A DNA stretch of 64,000 nucleotides, from positions 1 through 64,000 of IMG/VR virus record IMGVR_UViG_3300020462_000001. One strand, given 5' to 3'. Positions 45,990 through 54,691 of the stretch are shown here, piece by piece (the stretch's first letter is position 1; each line of letters begins with the position of its first letter). The stretch is from a virus. The position numbers and the translations under genes are program-made. Under the pieces are notes generated by a model, which saw only the letters and a list, made by a program, of their open reading frames with translations, was not told the DNA's origin and did not search any database.

Positions 45990-46894
45990 GACCTCATACC
46001 ATGTGGTACATCTGAAATAATTTCTTGAGTCAATATAGCTGCATCTTTTGGAACAACCACACAGAATCCAATACCTAGATTGAATACATTACGCATCTCT
46101 TCCTCAGCAATGTCTCCTGCTTCTTGAATCTTATTGAAGAGTTCTGGTCTCAACCAAGAGTCATAATCTACATCAACTGTCAAACCCTTAGGAAGACACC
46201 TAGGAAGGTTCTCAGGGATACCACCACCTGTGATGTGAGACATACCTAAGATAGGAACCACATCTAACAAGTCCTTAACAAGAGGAGCATAGATTGTAGT
46301 TGGTACTAACAACTCTGGCATCTCTTTATAGTAAATGTAATTTCTCCACAACATATCATTGACCAGTGTATATCCATTACTATGAAGACCACTACTCTCA
46401 ATACCAATGACTAAATCACCTGCTCTGATACTTCTACCATCAACAATATCAAACTTCTCTACAATACCAGTACAGAAACCAGCAAGGTCATAGTCAGTTG
46501 CTCTAAAATGTTCAGCAGTCTCACCACCTAGGAGTTGCATATCTGCAATCCTACAACCCTCAGCAACTCCATGGATAATATCACTTACATTAGCATCAAG
46601 TGTTTTAGTAGAGATATAGTCTAGAAAATATAATGGTTTAGCGCCAGAACATATAACATCATTGACGCACATAGCAACAAGATCTTGACCGATAGTGGTG
46701 TAATCATTAGCAATCCTACAGATATTGATCTTAGTTCCAACACCATCAGCACCAGACACTAGTACAGGTCTTTCATATCCTGACGGTACTTCCATCATTC
46801 CATTAAACCCACCAACACTAGGTGATAATGTTTTGATATACTCTACAAAGGATCGTCCCTTCTGAATGTCAACACCAGATGTCTTATAGTCCAT
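45965..46894 (-). CDS. purM: Phosphoribosylaminoimidazole synthetase
   Basis: MDYKTSGVD, DGVGTK, DLVAMCVND, GGETAEH, SSGLHSNG, HITGGG. Confidence 0.96.
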   Translation of the reverse strand: MDYKTSGVDIQKGRSFVEYIKTLSPSVGGFNGMMEVPSGYERPVLVSGADGVGTKINICRIANDYTTIGQDLVAMCVNDVICSGAKPLYFLDYISTKTLDANVSDIIHGVAEGCRIADMQLLGGETAEHFRATDYDLAGFCTGIVEKFDIVDGRSIRAGDLVIGIESSGLHSNGYTLVNDMLWRNYIYYKEMPELLVPTTIYAPLVKDLLDVVPILGMSHITGGGIPENLPRCLPKGLTVDVDYDSWLRPELFNKIQEAGDIAEEEMRNVFNLGIGFCVVVPKDAAILTQEIISDVPHGMRSWVIGKVT

Positions 46895-47147
46895 TTTTAA
46901 TCTTCTCCAATTGTTCTAGTTTCCATATGATATAGTCAATCGTTGGAATACACTGAGGATTCCATCCAACAAACCCATATGTTTGTTCACTAGGCATCTT
47001 CCAACATTCAGCATCATCATTCTCAAGATCTAATGACTTACGATACTCTTCCTCACCAAACATAACAACTGCTCGTTCTGCTTGGTTCAAACTCTTGAAA
47101 CAATCAAAAGAATTTCTTCTAATGATTTCAGGGATTTTGTGTTTCAT
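46884..47147 (-). CDS. Hypothetical protein
   Basis: FKSLNQAERAVV...FVGWNPQCIPT. Confidence 0.75.
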   Translation of the reverse strand: MKHKIPEIIRRNSFDCFKSLNQAERAVVMFGEEEYRKSLDLENDDAECWKMPSEQTYGFVGWNPQCIPTIDYIIWKLEQLEKIKNGL

Positions 47148-47320
47148 TTTCCAAATAGTATACTACAAACTACATACAATCCCATTGCAGACCAGTATCC
47201 TAAGGTTGTCAATCCAAAAATACCTGGTATTACAGCATTCCATACTAACATAACAATTAGAGGACTTACAAATAATTTTATCAGTATTTTACATAATGAT
47301 TCTTTTTGTTTAGGGTTCAT
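47144..47320 (-). CDS. Small two-TM membrane protein (58 aa)
   Basis: MNPKQKESLCKILIKLFVSPLIVMLVWNAVIPGIFGLTTLGYWSAMGLYVVCSILFGK*; ATGA overlaps at both ends. Confidence 0.75.
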   Translation of the reverse strand: MNPKQKESLCKILIKLFVSPLIVMLVWNAVIPGIFGLTTLGYWSAMGLYVVCSILFGK

Positions 47321-48777
47321 AGTCCTCTCCTCTTCATCTCACCTTCAATATCAACTAACTTTTGTTTACTCTTCAACATCTCACCTTTGAATGCCTTACG
47401 TTCTGCATACATCTTCTCCATCAATTCAGGAAGGAAACCTTTAACATCCTTACGGAACATAGCTCCGTTAGCACATACTGCATAATCATTATACATCTCA
47501 AAGGTGAGTTTCTCATTAAGAATCTTATCGACAGTAACTGATGGATGTTTCTCTTCCAAAAGAGTTTCAGGTGAGATGTTGTATTGCATCATCAGGTGAG
47601 GATACAGAGAGTTAAGGTCAAAAGATACAACCCAATCATATACACCAGGAACAGGTTCTTTAACATAAGCTCCAGCAAACTTCTCATCCTTAGCAGATGT
47701 TTGTTTCTGAGGAATTACAATATTCCTCTTCTTCAGATAGTTATAGATGATCGTATCCCACAACTTTACTTGACCCATAGGATCAACAAAGTTCACTTTG
47801 GCATCAAATGCCATAGTAATAACCAGTTCAATCAAACGGAGTTTGTCCTCCATCCTATCAACAAGTTCCACGTCAACGATGTTGTAATCTACAAACTTCT
47901 TCCAGTTACCATCATAGAACTCTTTGAAGGTATTGAACTCTGAGTGGTCCAACTTCTTCTGTCCAAGTTCTACCTCAGCAATAAAGTCCAGTTTATAGCT
48001 CTCCCTATTCACATAAGTAAATTTCTTATAAAGTTCCAGAAAATCCAAAACAGTCACACCAGCCATGGTATAAACATTGTTTGGACGACCATGAATAAAC
48101 ACCTCATCATGAGACACAATGCCCCAAGGAGAGAACCTCCTCACATTTCTGTCTCCCATGATACGAGACACACGGCCAAGAAGATAAGGGATATCATAGA
48201 AACGACAGTTCCACCCTGTCACAACCTCAGGAGGATCTGTAGACCACCAATGGATGAATGCATTCAACATATCAATCTCATCTTCATAATGATGATATGT
48301 CACATTCTTTTGAGTAGGTGTATATGGTTTCCTACCCCAAGTAATGATGTTTTTGGTTGTGTAATCTTGAATGGAGATGGTCAACATCTCCTCGGCACAA
48401 GAATCAGGTGAAGGGAATCCATCTTCTGACTTCACCTCAATATCAATAGTGACCAGTTTGATCTTCTTAATATCCCATTTGATTTCATTTTGGGGATACT
48501 TTTCAGAGATATATTGGTAGAGATACTTCTCATTACCATAGATCTTGAAACCATCTACACCTTCGTACTTCTTATAGAACTCTCTACAATCTCTTACATT
48601 TCCAGGTTGAATAGGTTCAACATTCTCACCTTCGAGTGTTTTCCACTCACTTTCTTTCTTGGATTTCACATACAGAGTAGGGAAAAACTCTTCCTTATAC
48701 TGAACACGTCGTCCATTCTCATAACCACGAACCAGGAACTCATTCCTGACCATTTGAATGTTGGTGTAAAAATCCAA
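47317..48777 (-). CDS. g43: DNA polymerase gp43, N-terminal subunit (exonuclease plus motif A)
   Basis: DIEV (ExoI), NCRFYD (ExoII), YNIVD (ExoIII), SFDLNSLYP (motif A); ends in fingers. Confidence 0.95.
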   Translation of the reverse strand: MDFYTNIQMVRNEFLVRGYENGRRVQYKEEFFPTLYVKSKKESEWKTLEGENVEPIQPGNVRDCREFYKKYEGVDGFKIYGNEKYLYQYISEKYPQNEIKWDIKKIKLVTIDIEVKSEDGFPSPDSCAEEMLTISIQDYTTKNIITWGRKPYTPTQKNVTYHHYEDEIDMLNAFIHWWSTDPPEVVTGWNCRFYDIPYLLGRVSRIMGDRNVRRFSPWGIVSHDEVFIHGRPNNVYTMAGVTVLDFLELYKKFTYVNRESYKLDFIAEVELGQKKLDHSEFNTFKEFYDGNWKKFVDYNIVDVELVDRMEDKLRLIELVITMAFDAKVNFVDPMGQVKLWDTIIYNYLKKRNIVIPQKQTSAKDEKFAGAYVKEPVPGVYDWVVSFDLNSLYPHLMMQYNISPETLLEEKHPSVTVDKILNEKLTFEMYNDYAVCANGAMFRKDVKGFLPELMEKMYAERKAFKGEMLKSKQKLVDIEGEMKRRGL

Positions 48778-48779
48778 GA

Positions 48780-49034
48780 TTACTCCTTCACCAGGTCTGT
48801 GTACTTGTCTACCAGTGTACCATTAGGTTCCACAATAGTCAAGATCTTATCTGAGTGGATCATAAAGGTATTTTGATTGGTAATATTAACCAACCAAGGT
48901 GATAAGGTTTGGTTATCATTGACAACAAAGGGTTCTGTCAGTTTACAATCTGCTTCACCCATATCTCCACCAATCTCTTCAATCTGAGTCAACAGATTCA
49001 GGTTGTTCGTCAGTACTAGTAGCTTCGGCTTCAT
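48780..49034 (-). CDS. Conserved cyanophage hypothetical protein
   Basis: DCKLTEPF...PWL...SDKILTIVEP. Confidence 0.8.
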   Translation of the reverse strand: MKPKLLVLTNNLNLLTQIEEIGGDMGEADCKLTEPFVVNDNQTLSPWLVNITNQNTFMIHSDKILTIVEPNGTLVDKYTDLVKE

Positions 49035-49341
49035 TGATTTCCTCTAATCTCTTATTAAACATATCCCTCACTTCGTCATGAGGGTTCACAATAGTAATAA
49101 CCCAGTCAGAAGGAATAGGAATAGTCCTATCCTTACTTAAAGGGAGCCATGGTATCATCTGAATTCTAGTACGATGTTGAGTGGTACCATCTTTTGGTAC
49201 ATCAGCGACAAGTTTTACCCTATGTGGAACATCAAGATAGTATCCGAATACCCTCTTCTCCTCTCCATCTGGTACAATCATCTCCTGCACATCCGCTACA
49301 ACATCTTCTCCAGATTTAAGAAGTAATAGTTTTACAGTCAT
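48979..49341 (-). CDS. Conserved cyanophage hypothetical protein (Sm-like)
   Basis: LLKSGEDVVAD...PWLPLSKD...DWVITIV. Confidence 0.85.
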   Translation of the reverse strand: MTVKLLLLKSGEDVVADVQEMIVPDGEEKRVFGYYLDVPHRVKLVADVPKDGTTQHRTRIQMIPWLPLSKDRTIPIPSDWVITIVNPHDEVRDMFNKRLEEINEAEATSTDEQPESVDSD

Positions 49342-49370
49342 TTTTTCAGTTGTTTATGAATCATTATACC

Positions 49371-49409
49371 GCAAAAAGACCCTTGGTTTTAGCCAAAGGT
49401 CTTTTCTGC
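49371..49409. terminator. Long hairpin, probable bidirectional terminator
   Basis: gcaaaaagacccttgg-ttttag-ccaaaggtcttttctgc. Confidence 0.65.
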
Positions 49410-49434
49410 GACGATATTTGGGGATTACCCAAAC

Positions 49435-49875
49435 TTATTTATTGTCACTTCCTCCAAGGAAGAAACGTCTTTTTCTTGATTCTGGGATGATACGAGAAAG
49501 TGATACGATCAAAAGGCCGTTTTCAAAGGTCACATCAGACACTTCAGTGTCTTCTGAGATGGACCAGGACCGAGTGAAGGACCGTTGAGCCAGACCACGA
49601 TGAAGGTAGGTGTGACCCTCCTCCTTATCCTTAGAACCCTCCACAACGAGGTTTCCACGTTCCGTATAGACCTTTACCTCATCGTTTGTAAACCCAGCCA
49701 GAGCCAGTTCTAGACGGGACTCATCCTCTGAAACCTGCACAAGGTTGTATGGGGGATAGTTCTGTGCTTCATAGCTGAAGATACGATCAAAGTAAGTATC
49801 CATACCAATCGTATTTCTCTGTAGCCTCTCCATCAATTGATTGATGTTTGCAGTATTGTACTTAGCGAGTGTCAT
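49435..49875 (-). CDS. hsp20: Small heat-shock protein
   Basis: NYPPYNL, LALAGF, YLHRGLAQRSF, FENGLL (IbpA-like). Confidence 0.95.
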   Translation of the reverse strand: MTLAKYNTANINQLMERLQRNTIGMDTYFDRIFSYEAQNYPPYNLVQVSEDESRLELALAGFTNDEVKVYTERGNLVVEGSKDKEEGHTYLHRGLAQRSFTRSWSISEDTEVSDVTFENGLLIVSLSRIIPESRKRRFFLGGSDNK

Positions 49876-49930
49876 TTGTTGCTCCTTATTAAGCGAGTTT
49901 GAAGTGTGTAGCCTCTTTCGACGACCACAT
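49876..49930 (-). promoter_or_regulatory. ROSE-like RNA thermometer leader of hsp20
   Basis: CUCGCUU-AAU-AAGGAG hairpin (49882-49897) occludes the SD with a UCGCU motif; upstream GAAA-tetraloop stem. Confidence 0.6.
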
Positions 49931-49950
49931 ACTAATTATAACAGATGGCA

Positions 49951-49975
49951 CAAAAAAGGGGAGTCGGAACTCCCT
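49951..49975 (-). terminator. Rho-independent terminator after regA
   Basis: AGGGAGT-TCCG-ACTCCCC followed by T6. Confidence 0.75.
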
Positions 49976-49980
49976 ACTTT

Positions 49981-50424
49981 TTATTGGGGGGTTTCACTAC
50001 CCTGTTGTTTTCTGGATCCAATATTGTACTTCTGTTCCAAAATCCATTCTTGCTTTTCCCTGTAAGGAAGAACTTTAATTTGATTCAATGGTGCAATGTT
50101 CTCAATCGATTCATCATTGACTATAGAAAGTAATCCCCAATCAACAAGAAGGCGAGTAATACGATTCCTACGCTGAACATCATTAACAGTAAGATTAGCG
50201 TATTTGCCATCGAGAGCAAACAACTCTTTAAAGTGTACAATGTAATATTTACCCTGTTTATGTAAGATATGACAAGACTGATATAACTTCTTTTCTTTTC
50301 TAGAAGCAACACCAATCCTTGTCAGTGTTTCTCTAACTTTCAAGAAGTCATCAGGTGCATTTAGAACAATTTCAACCATTTCTGATTGAGACCATTCTAC
50401 CCTAGGCTCAATAGTTTGACTCAT
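49981..50424 (-). CDS. regA: Translational repressor RegA
   Basis: DDFLKVRETLTRIGVA, LYQSCHILHKQG, HFKELF. Confidence 0.97.
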   Translation of the reverse strand: MSQTIEPRVEWSQSEMVEIVLNAPDDFLKVRETLTRIGVASRKEKKLYQSCHILHKQGKYYIVHFKELFALDGKYANLTVNDVQRRNRITRLLVDWGLLSIVNDESIENIAPLNQIKVLPYREKQEWILEQKYNIGSRKQQGSETPQ

Positions 50425-50807
50425 TTCTTTCCACCAGTGTCAAGTCTTTGTTTAATGTATTCCAGTTGTTCAGGAGTCAAAATCTTCATAACTTGAGATG
50501 CCTTTTCATTACTATAACCATAGTAAGTTTTTACATAATCAAGATCTGATACCTTTTCCTTCCGAAGCCAAGGAGAGAATCTCTTCCTTTTTCTCAATAT
50601 ATTTAGATAAAAATTATATTGCATATCTTTATCAAGAAAATGGTACTTGTTCATCTCATTGGCTTGAACAATACAATCCATGTGACCTGACAGGCACTTA
50701 TTAATAATATAGGGTGGATACTCTTTAACGATATAGGGTTCTGCTTTAATAAGGTTTTCCTTATTAAAGTTTATAGAGTTCAACCAATCTTTCAATTCAA
50801 TAGACAT
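50421..50807 (-). CDS. g62: Clamp loader small subunit gp62
   Basis: YPPYIINKCLS, NEMN, RKRFSPW, YYGYSNEKA. Confidence 0.92.
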   Translation of the reverse strand: MSIELKDWLNSINFNKENLIKAEPYIVKEYPPYIINKCLSGHMDCIVQANEMNKYHFLDKDMQYNFYLNILRKRKRFSPWLRKEKVSDLDYVKTYYGYSNEKASQVMKILTPEQLEYIKQRLDTGGKK

Positions 50808-50810
50808 AAA

Positions 50811-51095
50811 TCAGAGAATCAACTTCTTACTAGGGGTTTCAATTGGAGAGAAGATCTTCTTGTAGTTTTCTACAATCTCATCTCTTGCATCAATCACATA
50901 AACAATGTAATCTTTAGATACTTTAATAGTATTCTCATCCTTAGCAAGAGTAGACCAAGGTGCAAAACCAACTTGACCTTGAGCATTGGGAATAGCAACA
51001 AGAGGATGCTCTACCTCAATACTATTCTCATCTTCACTGATTTGAGTATAGATTACCTCTTCACCGGTATTCATTCGTAATACTTTGACTTCCAT
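50811..51095 (-). CDS. Conserved hypothetical protein (Sm-like)
   Basis: LRMNTGEEV...GFAPW...PSKKLIL. Confidence 0.8.
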   Translation of the reverse strand: MEVKVLRMNTGEEVIYTQISEDENSIEVEHPLVAIPNAQGQVGFAPWSTLAKDENTIKVSKDYIVYVIDARDEIVENYKKIFSPIETPSKKLIL

Positions 51096-51098
51096 CTT

Positions 51099-51488
51099 TT
51101 AACCTCCATCAATTTGACAACCGACTAATGCTCCACCAATAATTCCAGCTGGAATACTCCAGATCCAGTTTTCTTGAGTGGATAGAGTGCCTCCAGCAGC
51201 ACCTCCAGCAATTCCACCGATAATACTACCTTCAACACAGGAATTATCATCTCCCTGACGGGGAGCAGGTCGAGTGTTTCCACCAGTATTATAGGAGTTT
51301 TCACAAGGAACTTCTACTCTTTCATTCCATGTTCTAACTCTTCCTGGATTTCCTCGTGTTCCAGGAATGTACTCTTCACGATAAACTGTCTCATAACAGT
51401 TCGTTTGTTCTGTTCCGCCACCTTGACGATAGTCAGCCATTACAGGACTACCAAATGCCAGTACCAGAATAGGGATTAGATACTTCAT
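51099..51488 (-). CDS. Exported glycine-zipper protein
   Basis: Signal peptide; GSIIGGIAGGAAGG...PAGIIGGALVGC. Confidence 0.85.
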   Translation of the reverse strand: MKYLIPILVLAFGSPVMADYRQGGGTEQTNCYETVYREEYIPGTRGNPGRVRTWNERVEVPCENSYNTGGNTRPAPRQGDDNSCVEGSIIGGIAGGAAGGTLSTQENWIWSIPAGIIGGALVGCQIDGG

Positions 51489-51742
51489 TGAATCTCCTCA
51501 ATATTGAATATCTCCCAGTCTTCAATTACTGTGTTTGCAAGTAATCTATCACTGAGAAGTTTTAATTGTTCGTTCATTGATTCTTCATCATCAGAATCGA
51601 TATACATCTCAATCAACTTACCCATTCTCAACTTTTCAATATTCAAATCGGAAAGTCTTCCACAAGCTCCTCTAACAGCATTACCTGCAGAGTCATCAAC
51701 TTGGGCTCTCAATCTGGTGTATATCGTAGCTTTGTACTTCAT
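51485..51742 (-). CDS. purS: FGAM synthase PurS subunit
   Basis: LRAQVDDSAGNAV, RMGKLIE, LLANTVIEDW. Confidence 0.88.
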   Translation of the reverse strand: MKYKATIYTRLRAQVDDSAGNAVRGACGRLSDLNIEKLRMGKLIEMYIDSDDEESMNEQLKLLSDRLLANTVIEDWEIFNIEEIQ

Positions 51743-52689
51743 TTAAAATCACACTCCACCATTATTTCAGTCAAACAAGCAAGCATATTTATTTCTTGGT
51801 CAGCAACGAATGAACTTTGGTACTGATACTTCGCAATAATAAGTACAGCGGCAGCGATACCAGGACCATCAAGATGGGAGTAGACTGCATCGTATACAGA
51901 ACGAAGAAGTACAGTGGGGTCGTTATCAAGATTATCAACAACCCACTTACGAGTTGCCGCGAAATCTTTGGTTTTGAGTTTTTTGAAGAGGTCATTCGTT
52001 TTTACATTTGAAAAACTAGCAAGAATACCTGTATCAATCTTACCACTGACAGAGTATCTTTGTAGTTCATTAAGAACCCGTCTCCAGTCAGGGAAGTGTT
52101 TCTGAATCAGTTCAACTAGAACTTTTGGATCATATTCCACACCTTCTGTCTCAAGTATAGTCCTGAGACGGTTGAAAAAGTTCGCTGCGAGTTCTTGTCG
52201 TTCTTTTCCTCTGATGGCAAAGTCGATGACTGCACATCTGGAGTGGAGGGGGGAGATGATTTTGTTTTTGTAATTACAGGTGAAGATGAATCTGCAATTG
52301 CCAATGAACTCCTCAGTAAACGCCCGTAAGCAGAGTTGAACATCTGGGGTTGTGTTGTCAGCTTCGTCAATGATGATGACTTTGTGTTTAGCACTTGACG
52401 AAAGTGAGACGGTCGAAGCGAAATTCTTCGCATTGTTTCTGACGGTATCAAGGAATCGTCCTTCATCGGATCCGTTGATGACATAATAGTCTACTCCTAA
52501 TTCGTTACAGAGGGCTTTAGCGACAGTGGTTTTACCACATCCAGGTGGTCCAGATAAAAGTAGATTGGGTACTTCACCCTTCTCTACAAATTGTTTGAAC
52601 ATATTCTTGATCCCATCAGGGAGAATACATTCTTCAATAGTCTGTGGTCGATAAGATTCAACCCAGACAAATTCATTACGACTCATCAA
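51739..52689 (-). CDS. g44: Clamp loader large subunit gp44
   Basis: YRPQ, GPPGCGKTT, IIDEAD, LHSRC. Confidence 0.96.
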   Translation of the reverse strand: MMSRNEFVWVESYRPQTIEECILPDGIKNMFKQFVEKGEVPNLLLSGPPGCGKTTVAKALCNELGVDYYVINGSDEGRFLDTVRNNAKNFASTVSLSSSAKHKVIIIDEADNTTPDVQLCLRAFTEEFIGNCRFIFTCNYKNKIISPLHSRCAVIDFAIRGKERQELAANFFNRLRTILETEGVEYDPKVLVELIQKHFPDWRRVLNELQRYSVSGKIDTGILASFSNVKTNDLFKKLKTKDFAATRKWVVDNLDNDPTVLLRSVYDAVYSHLDGPGIAAAVLIIAKYQYQSSFVADQEINMLACLTEIMVECDFK

Positions 52690-52822
52690 CTAACCTCAAA
52701 ATAAAAGAATCACCATCAGGAATCCATTCTAACAGATCACCTTCTTTCCATCCAGTTTCCTGTAGGATTTCTTCAGTGAATGTTAGGATTCCATCATCAC
52801 TAACTTTCAATATGGTGTTCAT
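52676..52822 (-). CDS. AbrB/MazE-like small protein (48 aa)
   Basis: MNTILKVSDDGILTFTEEILQETGWKEGDLLEWIPDGDSFILRLVDES*. Confidence 0.72.
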   Translation of the reverse strand: MNTILKVSDDGILTFTEEILQETGWKEGDLLEWIPDGDSFILRLVDES

Positions 52823-53517
52823 ACGAACTGCCTTAACTTAGTTAGTATAATTTTATATGCCTCCACTATATCACCTTCTCCTTTACGGAACAAGTCCTTA
52901 TCGAACCTTTCTCCTTTCCCTTTACTCCATAACCTCATGTTATCTGGTGAAAGTTCATCAGCCAGATAGAGATCACCATGAGCATCATATCCAAACTCAA
53001 GTTTAAAATCAACCAAATCAATACCACACATCAAGAAGAGTTGTTGTAATAACACATTGATATCTAATGTTTTTTCAATCAATGGTTGTGTATTGATACC
53101 CATCAACCTCACACGATCTGGTGTAAGGAGTGGATCATTCTTTGTATCATCCTTGAGAAAGAACTCAACAATAGGTGGTTGGATAACCATACCTTCATTG
53201 AGATTGGTGGTCCTTACGATAGAACCAGCTGCGATATTCCTACAGATAACTTCTACAGGAACAATCTCAAGTTTCTTGCACTTCATAGTATTCAATGAAG
53301 GGCAATCAATGAAGTGAGTTCTGATTGAGTTACTTTCCAGATACTCAAACAACATTGCTGACATAAGACAACAGATCGTACCCTTTCCTTTTGGGTAATC
53401 AATCATCTGTCCGTTTCCAGCAGTCACGCAATCTTCATACTGAACCAATACCTCTTGAGGTTCATTAGTTGCATAGAGTGTTTTTACTTTTCCTTTTAAA
53501 ATTTCAGTCATACCCAT
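52819..53517 (-). CDS. purC: SAICAR synthetase
   Basis: GKVKTLY, PVEVICRNIAAGS, KDDTKNDP, DFKLEFG, ADELSPDNMRLW, DKDLFR. Confidence 0.95.
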   Translation of the reverse strand: MGMTEILKGKVKTLYATNEPQEVLVQYEDCVTAGNGQMIDYPKGKGTICCLMSAMLFEYLESNSIRTHFIDCPSLNTMKCKKLEIVPVEVICRNIAAGSIVRTTNLNEGMVIQPPIVEFFLKDDTKNDPLLTPDRVRLMGINTQPLIEKTLDINVLLQQLFLMCGIDLVDFKLEFGYDAHGDLYLADELSPDNMRLWSKGKGERFDKDLFRKGEGDIVEAYKIILTKLRQFV

Positions 53518-54035
53518 TCAGGTTTACGATTAGGTAGGCGAAGGTAGTTATCCTTCACCCATGGTTTAGAACCAATGTACATCTTATATGCATCAAAGGT
53601 TGTGATACCAGTATCTAGCTTGAACTCATCAGGCATTGCCCTGACGAAAGGGGTGGTCACCTTGCCAGACCTTCCTGTAGGGTCTCCAGTGGGGAGAATC
53701 TCCTTCGCAGCTAGTAAAGTGTGGTGACACGTATGGACCTTGCCATACCTCTGTGTGTACTCCTCACAGAGGGCCAGACCATGGTGAAGGAGCCACTGCC
53801 AGTTCATCACGAACTCGTTGGCCCAGAGGGTACAGGGGTGGTTACGGAAGGCTCCTTTCTCAGTTGAGTAGGGAGTTCCGTCAGCCTTAGGAAGGGTACC
53901 AAACCCATGACCCCATTTGTCAGAACATACGATAGAAAGCATCTGACAGGTCTCTAAAGGCATCTTGACAATGTGCTTATCAGGAAGAACTTGTGCAGAC
54001 TCTACAGGAGAATCACTAGTGACAAAGATGTTCAT
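53508..54035 (-). CDS. Pyrimidine-dimer DNA glycosylase-like protein
   Basis: MNIF, DKHIVKMPLETCQML, NHPCTLW, EYTQRYGKVH, AMPD. Confidence 0.8.
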   Translation of the reverse strand: MNIFVTSDSPVESAQVLPDKHIVKMPLETCQMLSIVCSDKWGHGFGTLPKADGTPYSTEKGAFRNHPCTLWANEFVMNWQWLLHHGLALCEEYTQRYGKVHTCHHTLLAAKEILPTGDPTGRSGKVTTPFVRAMPDEFKLDTGITTFDAYKMYIGSKPWVKDNYLRLPNRKPEWV

Positions 54036-54685
54036 AAGAAATTAGAATTCAACAGTACTCTAACAGGTACATCATAAGCACACATTCCTGTGTGAAGATG
54101 ATTTCCTTCAAAAATAAACAATCTGTTAGATACTGAATCAACTCTCATCATTTCAGTAAGACCGTTTACTTGTTTGGATGTTAGGGAGTTTCCATAGGAA
54201 CCAATGGATCCTTTTCCGAATCCCCGATGAGTTTCGTAACCCTGTGTTTCATTATAGACCACCGTTGGCGACCCACAGGTGTGGAGATACAGAATTGTTG
54301 TAAAATGTTTCAATGGTATATCCACATGAGGGTGGAACTTAATTTCCTTTCCCCTATGTGTAGTGAGATCTAATCTAGTTCTAACTAGTTTTTTAAATCC
54401 AAATTCACTCCCATACCTCATCAGTATCTTGTTATTGATACGTTGAACTAAGGGAGTGTTTTTCTTATCCTGATATTTACAACCAGGTTCATCCATATGG
54501 ATGAAGTTAAAACCAAATCCATATCCAGTTTTATCAACTTCTGTATCAGGTAATCCAGAAGAACCACCTGTAATACTTGGTATGTGATAATACTCTTGGT
54601 CGTATGTTAGTGAATTTACTATGTCATCAAAGTTTTCATCATCTATAAAATTATCTACAATTTTATATTTCATAGTAAATGACAC
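54032..54685 (-). CDS. 2OG-Fe(II) oxygenase-like protein
   Basis: IVDNF, PHVD, ILYL, NRLFIFEG..LHTG, RVLLNSN. Confidence 0.8.
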   Translation of the reverse strand: MSFTMKYKIVDNFIDDENFDDIVNSLTYDQEYYHIPSITGGSSGLPDTEVDKTGYGFGFNFIHMDEPGCKYQDKKNTPLVQRINNKILMRYGSEFGFKKLVRTRLDLTTHRGKEIKFHPHVDIPLKHFTTILYLHTCGSPTVVYNETQGYETHRGFGKGSIGSYGNSLTSKQVNGLTEMMRVDSVSNRLFIFEGNHLHTGMCAYDVPVRVLLNSNFL

Positions 54686-54691
54686 AGTTTA

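Noticed and set aside
45844-47316. Group I intron or split intein joining the g43 halves
   Set aside because: The interval is filled by overlapping ORFs; no intein Cys/His-Asn termini or intron core visible
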